Positions 36,638 to 45,758 are shown, counted from the first letter of the stretch. The stretch is DNA of 64,000 nucleotides from a virus (IMGVR_UViG_3300020450_001133); one strand, 5' to 3'. The notes: generated by a model not told the origin, from the sequence alone. A program made the numbers and translations.

Positions 36638-37178
36638 CTTGTATTTTTTGCAAGGCTAAATCTGTTTGCAGTATTTTAAACTGTTTATCACGTTTTTTAA
36701 TTGCACGTTTTAGTTTTAAATCACTTGCATATTCCAAATACAATTTGCCTTGTAAATGGTCAAATTCATGTTGGAAACACCTTGCATCCATTCCGTCTAA
36801 CCAATCTTCTACAACTTGTTGGTCATGTGTTTGAAATCTTACTTTTACTTTTGCAGGTCTTGTTACAATAAAATATAACAAAGGAAATGTTAAACAGCCT
36901 TCTTCCATGCCAACTGTTTCTTCACTGAACTCTAGTATTTCAGGATTATAAACTCCAATGTCTTCTCCTGTGGATAATGTCATAACAAACATTCTATACC
37001 CCATTCCTAATTGAGGTGATGCTAGTCCAATACCAAACTTATCTTTCATAAGTTGTATCATTTCATCTTGTCGCTTTTCCCAATCTACATCTTTTTCATC
37101 AAATGGATTTACACTTGCAACAGTATGTAAAGCAGGATTTTTTGGTTCTACTAATTCTATTTTAAATTCGTCTGACAT
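36627..37178 (-). CDS. def: Peptide deformylase
   Basis: GIGLASPQLG, EGCL, QHEFDHLQG. Confidence 0.95.
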   Translation of the reverse strand: MSDEFKIELVEPKNPALHTVASVNPFDEKDVDWEKRQDEMIQLMKDKFGIGLASPQLGMGYRMFVMTLSTGEDIGVYNPEILEFSEETVGMEEGCLTFPLLYFIVTRPAKVKVRFQTHDQQVVEDWLDGMDARCFQHEFDHLQGKLYLEYASDLKLKRAIKKRDKQFKILQTDLALQKIQDGT

Positions 37179-37659
37179 GTCTTAGTTCGTTTTTTGTTAT
37201 AAATTGTTTTAAAGTAAAGAACATTGTAGCAAAAATTAGTGTGCTAGTCAATAATCTTATATCAAAAGGTATTGCTAATGCGTATGTTTCTAGCAAAGTA
37301 ACAGTACCTAAACCGTTTAAATAAACTCCTAAATTTACAATTAAGTGCCATAAAACAACACTTAATACAGAGTTACCTAATACAGTTTGTAAGTTATCTT
37401 TATGTAAATACCTACTTAAAACACCTATTAAAAGCATTGTGCCGTACACAAACAACATAGTTGTACCATAAAAACCTAATACAATATCTGTTAAAAACAA
37501 TAAAGATACAGGTAAAAATAATTGTAAATTTTTGTTATTTGTTAAATGAGGCATGAATACAGCCATTGCAATTAGAGGAGTAAAGTTAGCAGGTAAAATA
37601 AATCGTGCTAATGCAATACACCCTAATAGCATACTTGCACTCTTGAGGAAGTCTTTCAT
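37162..37659 (-). CDS. Membrane protein, DUF6580-like putative transporter component
   Basis: RFILPANFTPLIAMAVF, LFLTDIVLGFY, NLGVY, AIPF. Confidence 0.65.
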   Translation of the reverse strand: MKDFLKSASMLLGCIALARFILPANFTPLIAMAVFMPHLTNNKNLQLFLPVSLLFLTDIVLGFYGTTMLFVYGTMLLIGVLSRYLHKDNLQTVLGNSVLSVVLWHLIVNLGVYLNGLGTVTLLETYALAIPFDIRLLTSTLIFATMFFTLKQFITKNELRHVRRI

Positions 37660-37660
37660 G

Positions 37661-37879
37661 CTAATATTTATCAGGAACTAAATGGGTCGGTACAAATTTT
37701 ACAACGCCTTCATCTTCAATGACTACAAATAAATCTCCCATTTGACATTTGAGATGTTCTACTGTAATCTCATCGTCAAATTCTATTGTGCCGTTGCTTT
37801 TTAATCTAAATTGATAATCGTGAAATCTAATTGAGCCAGGATCTGTTTCTGGATGAAACTGAGTTCTCTTGAATGACAT
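37661..37879 (-). CDS. Hypothetical protein
   Basis: 72 aa; AGGA SD; late-type motif upstream. Confidence 0.55.
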   Translation of the reverse strand: MSFKRTQFHPETDPGSIRFHDYQFRLKSNGTIEFDDEITVEHLKCQMGDLFVVIEDEGVVKFVPTHLVPDKY

Positions 37880-37912
37880 AATAAGTCCTTACTGTTATTA
37901 TGTAAGTATTTA

Positions 37913-38188
37913 TTATAGTCCGGCTCTACAGTAGGCATCAATTAGAGCATCTCCTTTAAGTTTCTCACCGAAGATTCTAATTACTTTTCCTTTTTGTTCT
38001 CTTACAATGGTGCTATCATTGTATCTGGTATCTATTACACTACCATTTTCAAAGTCTTTTTTAGACTCATCTGTTTCATACCACATGGTTGTTATACTGT
38101 GAATGTGTAAAGATTCAATGCCTTTGGCCCACTCCTCTGCCTCAAGCAATAATCTTTGCCTTTGCACTCTGTGGTCAAACTCTCCCAT
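37913..38188 (-). CDS. Hypothetical phage protein
   Basis: 91 aa. Confidence 0.55.
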   Translation of the reverse strand: MGEFDHRVQRQRLLLEAEEWAKGIESLHIHSITTMWYETDESKKDFENGSVIDTRYNDSTIVREQKGKVIRIFGEKLKGDALIDAYCRAGL

Positions 38189-38196
38189 AATATTAT

Positions 38197-38715
38197 TTAT
38201 GCGGCTTCGTTACACTCTTGTTTGAGTTGTGCATCATTTTGGTCAAACCAACCATTCTTGGTTTTATACTGACAAGCATAATTGGTTCTTTCATTTTCAG
38301 GAAGAGGTATCCATTGTTCAGCCTTACCAATAATAGCACTATTCCAGTGAGTGTATTCTGGGCCTGGAGTGTGATGGGTACGACAGTTCCACCTACCATC
38401 TTCAAAGTAGAACTGGATAGGTGTTTCCCAAGGTTCACACATAGGGCCTTTACCATCGCCGTTTTTACCAAGGTCACGAATCTCCCAGTCCAAGATATAC
38501 TCCTCACTGGCTTCGTTTGAATATTCAATAAGACTAGTAAGGGTTGGAATACCTTCCTGAGCAATCTTATTGATTTGTTTAGAAGTTAAATTATCTACAA
38601 AATAAGTAGTACCACCCTTGAACTTCCAATAAGGTTCATCTATACCATGCTTATAATCTTCATTATGAGCCGCATAGTTCTCTCTATATTGTGTGTGTAT
38701 TACTAATGTCTGCAT
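38197..38715 (-). CDS. Hypothetical phage protein (TQYRENY..YWKFKGG)
   Basis: 172 aa; AGGAG SD; early promoter. Confidence 0.62.
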   Translation of the reverse strand: MQTLVIHTQYRENYAAHNEDYKHGIDEPYWKFKGGTTYFVDNLTSKQINKIAQEGIPTLTSLIEYSNEASEEYILDWEIRDLGKNGDGKGPMCEPWETPIQFYFEDGRWNCRTHHTPGPEYTHWNSAIIGKAEQWIPLPENERTNYACQYKTKNGWFDQNDAQLKQECNEAA

Positions 38716-38750
38716 AAAAAACTCCTACCTTTTTTATTTAATATACATAT

Positions 38751-38779
38751 ATTATATGCAATTTAAGGGTGAATGTCAA
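38751..38779 (-). promoter_or_regulatory. sigma70-type early promoter
   Basis: TTGACA-17-TATAAT. Confidence 0.8.
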
Positions 38780-38806
38780 CCTTTTTTTCACTTTTTTTGG
38801 TAAAAA

Positions 38807-38881
<75 letters not shown>

Positions 38882-38886
38882 ATGAG

Positions 38887-38962
38887 TGGAGCTCGGAAGA
38901 GGATTCGAACCTCCGACCTGAGGTTTACAAAACCCCTGCTCTACCAACTGAGCTATCCGAGC
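38887..38962 (-). tRNA. tRNA-Thr (UGU)
   Basis: GCTCGGA acceptor, TAGCTCAGTTGGTAGAGC D-arm, TTTGTAA loop, TTCGAAT, encoded CCA. Confidence 0.95.
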
Positions 38963-38966
38963 CCGG

Positions 38967-39092
38967 ATTAGTAAGTATAGTACACTTAAGGACTTTGCTG
39001 GGCACGGTCTTGTTATCAACTCTAAATATCGTGGTGTGTTTTACCACACAACCCCACCTAATATACGAAATACCACTCGGATACTTACTAAT
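38967..39092 (-). ncRNA. Candidate 126-nt structured ncRNA heading the tRNA transcript
   Basis: 12-bp perfect terminal helix ATTAGTAAGTAT/ATACTTACTAAT; 5' end coincides with the predicted +1. Confidence 0.55.
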
Positions 39093-39098
39093 ATGTTT

Positions 39099-39126
39099 AT
39101 TATACTGATTATGAATTAAATGTCAA
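39099..39126 (-). promoter_or_regulatory. sigma70-type promoter of the ncRNA-tRNA unit
   Basis: TTGACA-16-TATAAT. Confidence 0.8.
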
Positions 39127-39371
39127 GAACTTTGTTTGACTTCGCTGAATGCATGTTTGAGTTTTATTTGTTCTACAAACTCTGATATGTTGTCTATTTC
39201 TTCTAGTTTTATTAATGCTTCTTTAGGAGTCATCTCTCCTACTCTTGCTACTGTGGTTGCTAAATTTATTAAATCGTGTCTACCTATATTATGCTTTTGA
39301 CAGATTACTTGAACATCAGGTTCTTTTTGCTCTTGCTGGTCTTGTGATTTTATTCTAGTAATTTTTGGCAT
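39123..39371 (-). CDS. Hypothetical protein
   Basis: 82 aa coupled ORF. Confidence 0.5.
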   Translation of the reverse strand: MPKITRIKSQDQQEQKEPDVQVICQKHNIGRHDLINLATTVARVGEMTPKEALIKLEEIDNISEFVEQIKLKHAFSEVKQSS

Positions 39372-40279
39372 TAAAGACTTATTTTTGTATCATCTGGTAA
39401 TCTAGGTTTGTTAGATTTTGGTTCTTGCTTATCTTTATTTATGCTATCAAACTGTCCTGCGCCTTTAGGATTATGTTTGTTTACATCTTCAAAAGGATTT
39501 ACTTTACCACTTATAAAATCTTCAAAAGGACTAGGTGCAGTATGTACTCCCATTTTCTTTAAGAACCAATCTATTTTACTTGCATGATGCATTCGTGCTT
39601 GTACCATATTTGGATGATTAAAGTCTTGTGGATCATTTGGGTTACCTTCCATATATTTTCTATTTTCAAAAGTTTGGTCATCATTGCTACCAGTTAAGTC
39701 TGCTCTATCATGTAATATTTCAATATTGATTCTTTCAAATATTCCATTCATTCTAGCAATAACACTTACCCATGTATCGTTTTGTGCATTTACACTCCAA
39801 GAGTCACATAATGTAAACCAGTCTGCAGGAATAAGTGGGAAGATTGCAAACGGATGGTCATGATTATCTTTAGGTGCTAAACACTTAAACTGTCCATCAT
39901 ATTTTTGTATTTCTACTTCCCAATCTTTGGTTTGCATAATTGCATCATCATTCCATAGAAATAACCATGCACCAGTGCTAGAGTGACAAAGTAAATTTAC
40001 ATACACATTTAGTTGTTCATATCCCAAAGGCTTAAACACTTTGGCTTTACAGGCACAACCCCATTTTTGCATAAACTCTTCTGCATCATTGTTTACCCAA
40101 TCAATGCTTTCTTGGTCATCTTCATCTACACCCAACATGATTTCAACCTTTGCTGGATTTTTTGCATTCTCTAAAAGGCTTTCTATACTTTTTAGTAATG
40201 CACCACTTTTAACTCTGCCTCTTGTAGGAAGTATTACACTAACTACACTACCTTCATCTAAAACTTTATTATCTGTCAT
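39371..40279 (-). CDS. Glycosyltransferase (GT-A/GT2-like)
   Basis: SVILPTRGR, LGVDEDD, FLWNDDA (DxD-like). Confidence 0.75.
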   Translation of the reverse strand: MTDNKVLDEGSVVSVILPTRGRVKSGALLKSIESLLENAKNPAKVEIMLGVDEDDQESIDWVNNDAEEFMQKWGCACKAKVFKPLGYEQLNVYVNLLCHSSTGAWLFLWNDDAIMQTKDWEVEIQKYDGQFKCLAPKDNHDHPFAIFPLIPADWFTLCDSWSVNAQNDTWVSVIARMNGIFERINIEILHDRADLTGSNDDQTFENRKYMEGNPNDPQDFNHPNMVQARMHHASKIDWFLKKMGVHTAPSPFEDFISGKVNPFEDVNKHNPKGAGQFDSINKDKQEPKSNKPRLPDDTKISL

Positions 40280-40281
40280 AA

Positions 40282-41223
40282 TTAACCTGTTATTAATTTT
40301 CTAATGTTTCCACGGAATGTATAATGTCCTACATGGTTAAGTCCAGTTCTAGGATCTAGGAATACTTCTCCGCCCATTTGTTGCCATAGTCTACAGAATG
40401 TATAATCCTCTGACAAGTAACGTCTACTGTCTGGATCAATCATTGTGTCAAACAATGCGTACATGTGTTTTTCAAACTTCTGATCCACATTTATATCATT
40501 TGCATATTTTAATTCTGGATGTGCATCAAACATTTTTTGAATAACTTCTTTTTGAATACACATGAATCCTGTGCCAGCATCTTTTAATTTTATCAAGTTA
40601 TCTCTAATTTGTATTTGATTTTGTGGATTACCATCTTCGTCTGTAACAAATTCAAAGTTTACAACATAATTAGAACTATGTCCTTCTATAGTTTCAGTTG
40701 TTTCTTCTTCATTACGTCTTGCGGCTTCTATAATACTTTGCCAGTTAATTGCTTTTTTAGGGTAAGCACCAACTGTAATTGGTCTGTCGTATGCAACCAT
40801 TCTAAGTAAGTCATTTGGGTCAAACTCTATGTCGGCATCTATAAAGAATAAATGTGATGCATCAGGGTGTTCCATAAAGAAACTTACTAAGGTGTTACGT
40901 CCTCTAGTAATCAGACTTTCATTTGCCAATGTGCTTACAGTAAATTGAATATCATACTTGTTACAAAGAATTGCTAATCTCATCATACTTCTAAAATAAG
41001 GCTCACCAATTTGTCCACCATAACAAGGAGTTGCAATAAAAATGTGCTTGTTTCTTAATACTTCAATTGGTATTTCAATTTTAGCATCAAGCAATTTATA
41101 TAATACATCATCTTGGTCGGGTGTAACATTTGCTGTAACTTTCTTTTCGTCTGCAACGGGAGTTGTTGCTTTAGATTTTGACTGCTTAGGAGTCTTTGCT
41201 CTACTCTTCTTTCGTTTTGCCAT
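40282..41223 (-). CDS. GT-A-fold phage protein
   Basis: FIATPCYGG, ESLITRGRN, LFFIDADI, AGTGFM, LSEDYTFC, HVGHY. Confidence 0.7.
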   Translation of the reverse strand: MAKRKKSRAKTPKQSKSKATTPVADEKKVTANVTPDQDDVLYKLLDAKIEIPIEVLRNKHIFIATPCYGGQIGEPYFRSMMRLAILCNKYDIQFTVSTLANESLITRGRNTLVSFFMEHPDASHLFFIDADIEFDPNDLLRMVAYDRPITVGAYPKKAINWQSIIEAARRNEEETTETIEGHSSNYVVNFEFVTDEDGNPQNQIQIRDNLIKLKDAGTGFMCIQKEVIQKMFDAHPELKYANDINVDQKFEKHMYALFDTMIDPDSRRYLSEDYTFCRLWQQMGGEVFLDPRTGLNHVGHYTFRGNIRKLITG

Positions 41224-41300
41224 GTGTTATCCTGTAAAAAACTATTTGTGTATTGTACAGTATTTACTCTAAAAGTCAAGTAGAAAGGATAAGTTTTGGT

Positions 41301-41495
41301 TTACTTCTGGTCGGGCTTTCTGGAAATGAACTGATTTAATTTCTCTGCTTCTTTGATAACGTCTTCGGTAGATGGCATAAGGTCAGGTTTGTTAGCCTGT
41401 GCCTGTAAAATTAAACGTGCTTCTTGAATAAGTTCTAATCTTATTTCGTATGGTGTTTTATTAGACAATTTAATTGTTCTCCTACATTTACACAA
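41301..41495 (-). CDS. Small conserved phage protein (start uncertain)
   Basis: KTPYEIRLELIQEA...EDVIKEAEKLNQFI. Confidence 0.55.
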   Translation of the reverse strand: MCKCRRTIKLSNKTPYEIRLELIQEARLILQAQANKPDLMPSTEDVIKEAEKLNQFISRKPDQK

Positions 41496-41504
41496 CTTAT
41501 TTAT

Positions 41505-42221
41505 CTAATTTTTGAATAAAGTACCTCCTTGGTACTTCCTATAACATACGTTTATATCTGAGAAATCTTCTACGGCACAACTTAAAACAACTCTGTCAAC
41601 GTTGCTTAATTCGTTATAACCTCTATGAAAAATCATTGTGTTGTAAAATGCAGGAACTGTTGGTCTGTCCCAACGACAAAGTATTTCTGTATCTTCCATA
41701 TCTGTTTTTGTAATGAAGCCATGTTTCTCATTGTCTCTAGGATCTATATTTTTAAATCTAGGAAATGTTGCCCATTGTCCTTCCATTACTTCAGCATCGC
41801 CAAACACAGGAAAGTTTAATGCACATTGTCTTGTGTGAAACACAGGCCCTTCACAATGCCATCTACTGTTTGCATTAGCAGGTGTTCTCAACATTAATAT
41901 ACTTGAAAACTTTAAGTTCAATGTATCGCCTAAAAATTCTTTCATGCGTTTACTTAAATCAAAATTTACTTCTTCGTATAAATTTACTTCTTTGAAATCA
42001 CGTTTATCTTGTGTGCTGTTTTCTTCTACTTTTATATAACTTTGATACCAGTTAGCACTTAAACTTCTACTTTCTTTGTTTTCAACCTTTTCTTGATTCT
42101 TATCATCTTTTTCTGCTTCATATCTTTGTTGTTCACTAACAAAATATTGCTGTACATCAAAAGGAATCTCAGGCATTTCTGGCACTTCGAAAAAATATGG
42201 TAACTCTATTCTTTGACTCAT
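41505..42221 (-). CDS. Fe(II)/2OG oxygenase-like, paralogue 1
   Basis: WHCEG..CALNFPV..YNTMIFHRG..DRVVLS. Confidence 0.65.
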   Translation of the reverse strand: MSQRIELPYFFEVPEMPEIPFDVQQYFVSEQQRYEAEKDDKNQEKVENKESRSLSANWYQSYIKVEENSTQDKRDFKEVNLYEEVNFDLSKRMKEFLGDTLNLKFSSILMLRTPANANSRWHCEGPVFHTRQCALNFPVFGDAEVMEGQWATFPRFKNIDPRDNEKHGFITKTDMEDTEILCRWDRPTVPAFYNTMIFHRGYNELSNVDRVVLSCAVEDFSDINVCYRKYQGGTLFKN

Positions 42222-42946
42222 TTAAAAAGATTTCCTTCTTGATATACTTTGTGAACTGCATGTATATCTATATTTTCTTGTAATGCAATACTTAAAATAG
42301 TCCTATGTTGATTACAATGTTCATTTACTCCTCTATGTAAATACATTGTATTATAAAAAAATCCGCGATTTAAAACATCACTAACGTAGGTGCCATTTTC
42401 ATAAACTTCCATTTCAGGTACATATTCTGCTTTAACATAACCTTTTTGTTCAACTTGCTCAGGCGGTAAGTCTCCCCAAAGTTTACAATATCCCCATTCT
42501 GCTTTAGTTTTGTTTAGTTCACCTTCAACTAAAAAATTTAATGCACATCTTCTACTACGCAACATTGGGCCTTCACAATGCCACCAACCATTTTGACCAG
42601 GTAATGTTCTTAATAAACTTACACTTGTCATTCTTACAGTAAAAGTATCTTTTGACCATTCCCTTAACAACTTGCTCATTTCGGCATTTTGTTCTTCTGT
42701 CATTCCTGTACTTTCACTTAAAGTTGCACCTTGTGTTTTTTCTGCACCAGTGCCACCAAACCCTTGTAAGTACCAACCTGCTTCTTTAGATGCAGTACGT
42801 CCTTGTTGCAGTTTGTCTAAATAATCTGAGTTCCCATCAAAGATTTGGTCATCTTTATTCATAAGGTCATCTTCTTGATATACATATTTCATTACATCAA
42901 ACGGCAACTCTATCTCTGGTACTTCAAAATAGTAAGGTAAACTCAT
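42218..42946 (-). CDS. Fe(II)/2OG oxygenase-like, paralogue 2
   Basis: WHCEG..CALNFLV..YNTMYLHRG..HRTILS. Confidence 0.65.
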   Translation of the reverse strand: MSLPYYFEVPEIELPFDVMKYVYQEDDLMNKDDQIFDGNSDYLDKLQQGRTASKEAGWYLQGFGGTGAEKTQGATLSESTGMTEEQNAEMSKLLREWSKDTFTVRMTSVSLLRTLPGQNGWWHCEGPMLRSRRCALNFLVEGELNKTKAEWGYCKLWGDLPPEQVEQKGYVKAEYVPEMEVYENGTYVSDVLNRGFFYNTMYLHRGVNEHCNQHRTILSIALQENIDIHAVHKVYQEGNLFK

Positions 42947-42955
42947 ATTAAATAT

Positions 42956-43537
42956 TTATTTGAATAATTTTCCACTTTCATATAAGTTAGAAACTTCTTC
43001 TATATCTTCTCTTATAGCGGCACTAATTACTAATCTATTCCAACCTGTAAAATTAAATACTCTGTGCCAATGCATTGTATTATAAATTGTTGCTTGTCCG
43101 GGTGTCATTCTATGTTCTGCTAAAACTTCCAGGTTTTCATCTTCCCACCATGTAGGTTCTTTTTCATTATTTACTATATCTTCAACTGCACCTCTTGTTG
43201 CCCACTGAACATAACTGCGTTCATAGTCTCCAGCAACCATAAAGTTTAAAGCACACTTCCTGCCAAATGTTCCTGGGCCTTCACTATGCCAAGGACTCGA
43301 TGCATTACACATTGTATTTAAAAGTGTTAAACTTCCAACTGGTATTGTTAATGTATCTTGTAAATATGTTTTTACACTTTCATACCAATTCTCAGGAACT
43401 ACTCTATATTGAAAACTGTTACCTCCAAGTCCTAATCCTGTTGGTGACATATAGTCAGCAGGGTGTTGGACATAAGGCTTATCATCTACATCAAAAGGTA
43501 ATATAAGTTCTGGTATGTCTAGATAGTAGGGTATCAT
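42956..43537 (-). CDS. Fe(II)/2OG oxygenase-like, paralogue 3
   Basis: WHSEG..CALNFMV..YNTMHWHRV..NRLVIS. Confidence 0.65.
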   Translation of the reverse strand: MIPYYLDIPELILPFDVDDKPYVQHPADYMSPTGLGLGGNSFQYRVVPENWYESVKTYLQDTLTIPVGSLTLLNTMCNASSPWHSEGPGTFGRKCALNFMVAGDYERSYVQWATRGAVEDIVNNEKEPTWWEDENLEVLAEHRMTPGQATIYNTMHWHRVFNFTGWNRLVISAAIREDIEEVSNLYESGKLFK

Positions 43538-43552
43538 GCTACTATTTATCGG

Positions 43553-43714
43553 CTAATTTGTCAGTAAACTAGCAATAAAGAGTAAGATAGTGACTGTGCC
43601 TAAGAAAATTGCTAACACAAGATAGGCAAACATAAGAATTCTAAAAGGGGTAAGTTCGAGATTATCGCTTTTCTTTCCGACACCTATTACGGCTTTGAGT
43701 GCCTCTTTAATCAA
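43553..43714 (-). CDS. Small membrane protein (DUF2970-like), 53 aa
   Basis: Manual translation from TTG: MIKEALKAVIGVGKKSDNLELTPFRILMFAYLVLAIFLG... Confidence 0.5.
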   Translation of the reverse strand: MIKEALKAVIGVGKKSDNLELTPFRILMFAYLVLAIFLGTVTILLFIASLLTN

Positions 43715-43983
43715 AAGAATATATTATTCATGTACATAACAGCACCCATAAATCCAAGTGCGGATATTTGAATAATCGTTGCAATTATTATAAACTTAAA
43801 TTGTCTGTCTCCCCACCATTTAAGTTCTGTTTCATACCAATCCTCGATTTGCTCTGGGGTAGCATCGGGTAGATTGGCAAATGTATTGTATATGACTTTT
43901 TCTTTTGGAGAATAGTTTGGAAGAGATTCTACATCTTTAAATATAGGTCTCTTCCAGGAATCATATCCAACTATTTTTTTCAT
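43711..43983 (-). CDS. Small membrane protein
   Basis: 90 aa with C-terminal TM. Confidence 0.55.
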   Translation of the reverse strand: MKKIVGYDSWKRPIFKDVESLPNYSPKEKVIYNTFANLPDATPEQIEDWYETELKWWGDRQFKFIIIATIIQISALGFMGAVMYMNNIFF

Positions 43984-44423
43984 TATAACTCTGACAAATA
44001 CTTGTCCAGTCTGTCTTTATTCATCACAAATGATTTACCGTATTGTCCTGCAAATCTTTTGGTTGCATCATCAACAGTTGCATTGCCAACTTTGATAACA
44101 CCTACCATTGCCATCATTTTATGAGGTGTACATTCATACACATAAACACCTTCAGTGTTTAATGTTACTGAAATGTCTTTGCTCATTGCACCTTTCCAAG
44201 GTGTTGCTCCTGCAGGAGTTAATACTGAAGCGGAGTTATGTGCCATATCCGTTGCTTCAAATTTAACTGTATCTCCGACATTTACAGATAATACAGCAGG
44301 TTCAAAAATCATCATGCCGCCTGCACCGTTGTTTAACATTTTTACTACATGCTCAGCCGCAAAGGTTGGAGCAGATAACATTAACATTAAGAATGCAGTT
44401 GCTATTTTGTGTGTGTTTTTCAT
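43983..44423 (-). CDS. Pseudoazurin-like blue copper protein
   Basis: Signal peptide; VKMLN..FEPA..GDTV..HNS..YECTPH..MVG (H,C,H,M ligands). Confidence 0.88.
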   Translation of the reverse strand: MKNTHKIATAFLMLMLSAPTFAAEHVVKMLNNGAGGMMIFEPAVLSVNVGDTVKFEATDMAHNSASVLTPAGATPWKGAMSKDISVTLNTEGVYVYECTPHKMMAMVGVIKVGNATVDDATKRFAGQYGKSFVMNKDRLDKYLSEL

Positions 44424-45589
44424 TTTATCTCCGGTAATGGATTTCTTGATCCAACTGCTTGTTCAATTGAATCGAATCCGTCTTTTTTAAGTAATTTAAC
44501 TAATCCTCTATTAATTTCATTAATGTTTTGAGGACCGTCAAATATCATTGTTGTAATCATGTGTAGTAAACTAGCACCAGATGTTATTTTCTCATAAGCA
44601 TCTTTGGCACTAAAAATACCACCAACGCCTATTATAGTTATCTTTCCTCTAGTTCTTCTGTACACATGTCTGATAACATTTGTAGAAATACGTTGTAATG
44701 GCAATCCACTCATTGCACCTTTACCTTTGGGTAGCAATCCTTTTTCAGTTGGATATTCCTCTGGTCTATGCTCTGAATTGTATTGTGGTTTTGCAAGGTT
44801 TGTACATACTACACCGTCCATGCCATGTTCAATACAACCATCTACAATGATGTCTATTTCATCTAATGTCATATCAGCCGCAAGTTTTACATAAATTGGT
44901 TTATCACTTATCGGTCTAATTTCTTCGTTTATCCTAGTTAATAATGCATCTAGGTTTTTCTTGTCTACAAATGGTTCACCGTCTTGCGTATTAGGACAAC
45001 TGATGTTTACATCATAGTAGTCACCAATATCTACAAACAGTTTCATTGTTTTCAAGTAATCGTTGATAGACATCTCTAGGTCAAACTCAGGTGTTAGGTT
45101 TGAATTAGCCGCATTGATACCAACACGAAGTCTTCCAAAATCTTCACCTGCTAATCTTTTAGATATTTTTTCTGATCCTTCGTTGTTTAGTCCATACCAT
45201 ACAACGATTGCTTTTGACTTAATCATTCTAAATAATCTTTTACCTGGATTACCTGGGCATATCTCACCTGTGAATGATCCTAGTTCAGCAAGTCCAAATC
45301 CAATTGACGGATATATTTTTGTTAATTCTCCGTCTTTATCAAATCCAGCAGAAAGACCTACAGGGTTTCTATAGTCTATACCGTCTACTGTGATTGCTAA
45401 ACTCTTGTCGTTGTAATCCATTAAAAGACTTGTTAGTCCTCTTGTTATTGGATTACTTCCTAACAACACACCCATACGTTTTAATGAATAGTGTGCTTGT
45501 TCTGGTTCCATTAAAAATATTAATGGTCTAATGGCTCTAAATCCTAACCATAGAATCTTATTTCTGATTCCTACTATAAAGTTTTTCAT
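44420..45589 (-). CDS. pyrD: Dihydroorotate dehydrogenase, class 2-like (quinone-dependent)
   Basis: EPEQAH, NPVGLSAGFDKDG, GLNNEG, NISCPNT, VKLAAD, GAMSG, IGVGGI, GASL. Confidence 0.92.
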   Translation of the reverse strand: MKNFIVGIRNKILWLGFRAIRPLIFLMEPEQAHYSLKRMGVLLGSNPITRGLTSLLMDYNDKSLAITVDGIDYRNPVGLSAGFDKDGELTKIYPSIGFGLAELGSFTGEICPGNPGKRLFRMIKSKAIVVWYGLNNEGSEKISKRLAGEDFGRLRVGINAANSNLTPEFDLEMSINDYLKTMKLFVDIGDYYDVNISCPNTQDGEPFVDKKNLDALLTRINEEIRPISDKPIYVKLAADMTLDEIDIIVDGCIEHGMDGVVCTNLAKPQYNSEHRPEEYPTEKGLLPKGKGAMSGLPLQRISTNVIRHVYRRTRGKITIIGVGGIFSAKDAYEKITSGASLLHMITTMIFDGPQNINEINRGLVKLLKKDGFDSIEQAVGSRNPLPEIK

Positions 45590-45595
45590 ATGCTT

Positions 45596-45647
45596 CTCCT
45601 ATTTTAAGCAAGAAATTTTTTATTCCCTAATGGCGAATAAAAAGTTT
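45596..45647 (-). promoter_or_regulatory. Second ROSE-type leader, upstream of pyrD
   Basis: CUUGCU-UAAAAU-AGGAG hairpin (45596-45612) plus an upstream hairpin with the same TTCGCCATTAGGG core as the hsp20 leader. Confidence 0.7.
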
Positions 45648-45756
45648 AATATGTTAGCAAAAATGCCAACAACATTACCAAAGGTATCTCCCATGGTATA
45701 AAAACTATACCCAACAGCAGTGGGTATTGTTTTGCAAATGTCCAAATATGCCTCAT
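45646..45756 (-). CDS. 36-aa hydrophobic peptide
   Basis: MRHIWTFAKQYPLLLGIVFIPWEIPLVMLLAFLLTY (manual translation). Confidence 0.45.
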   Translation of the reverse strand: MRHIWTFAKQYPLLLGIVFIPWEIPLVMLLAFLLTY

Positions 45757-45758
45757 GC

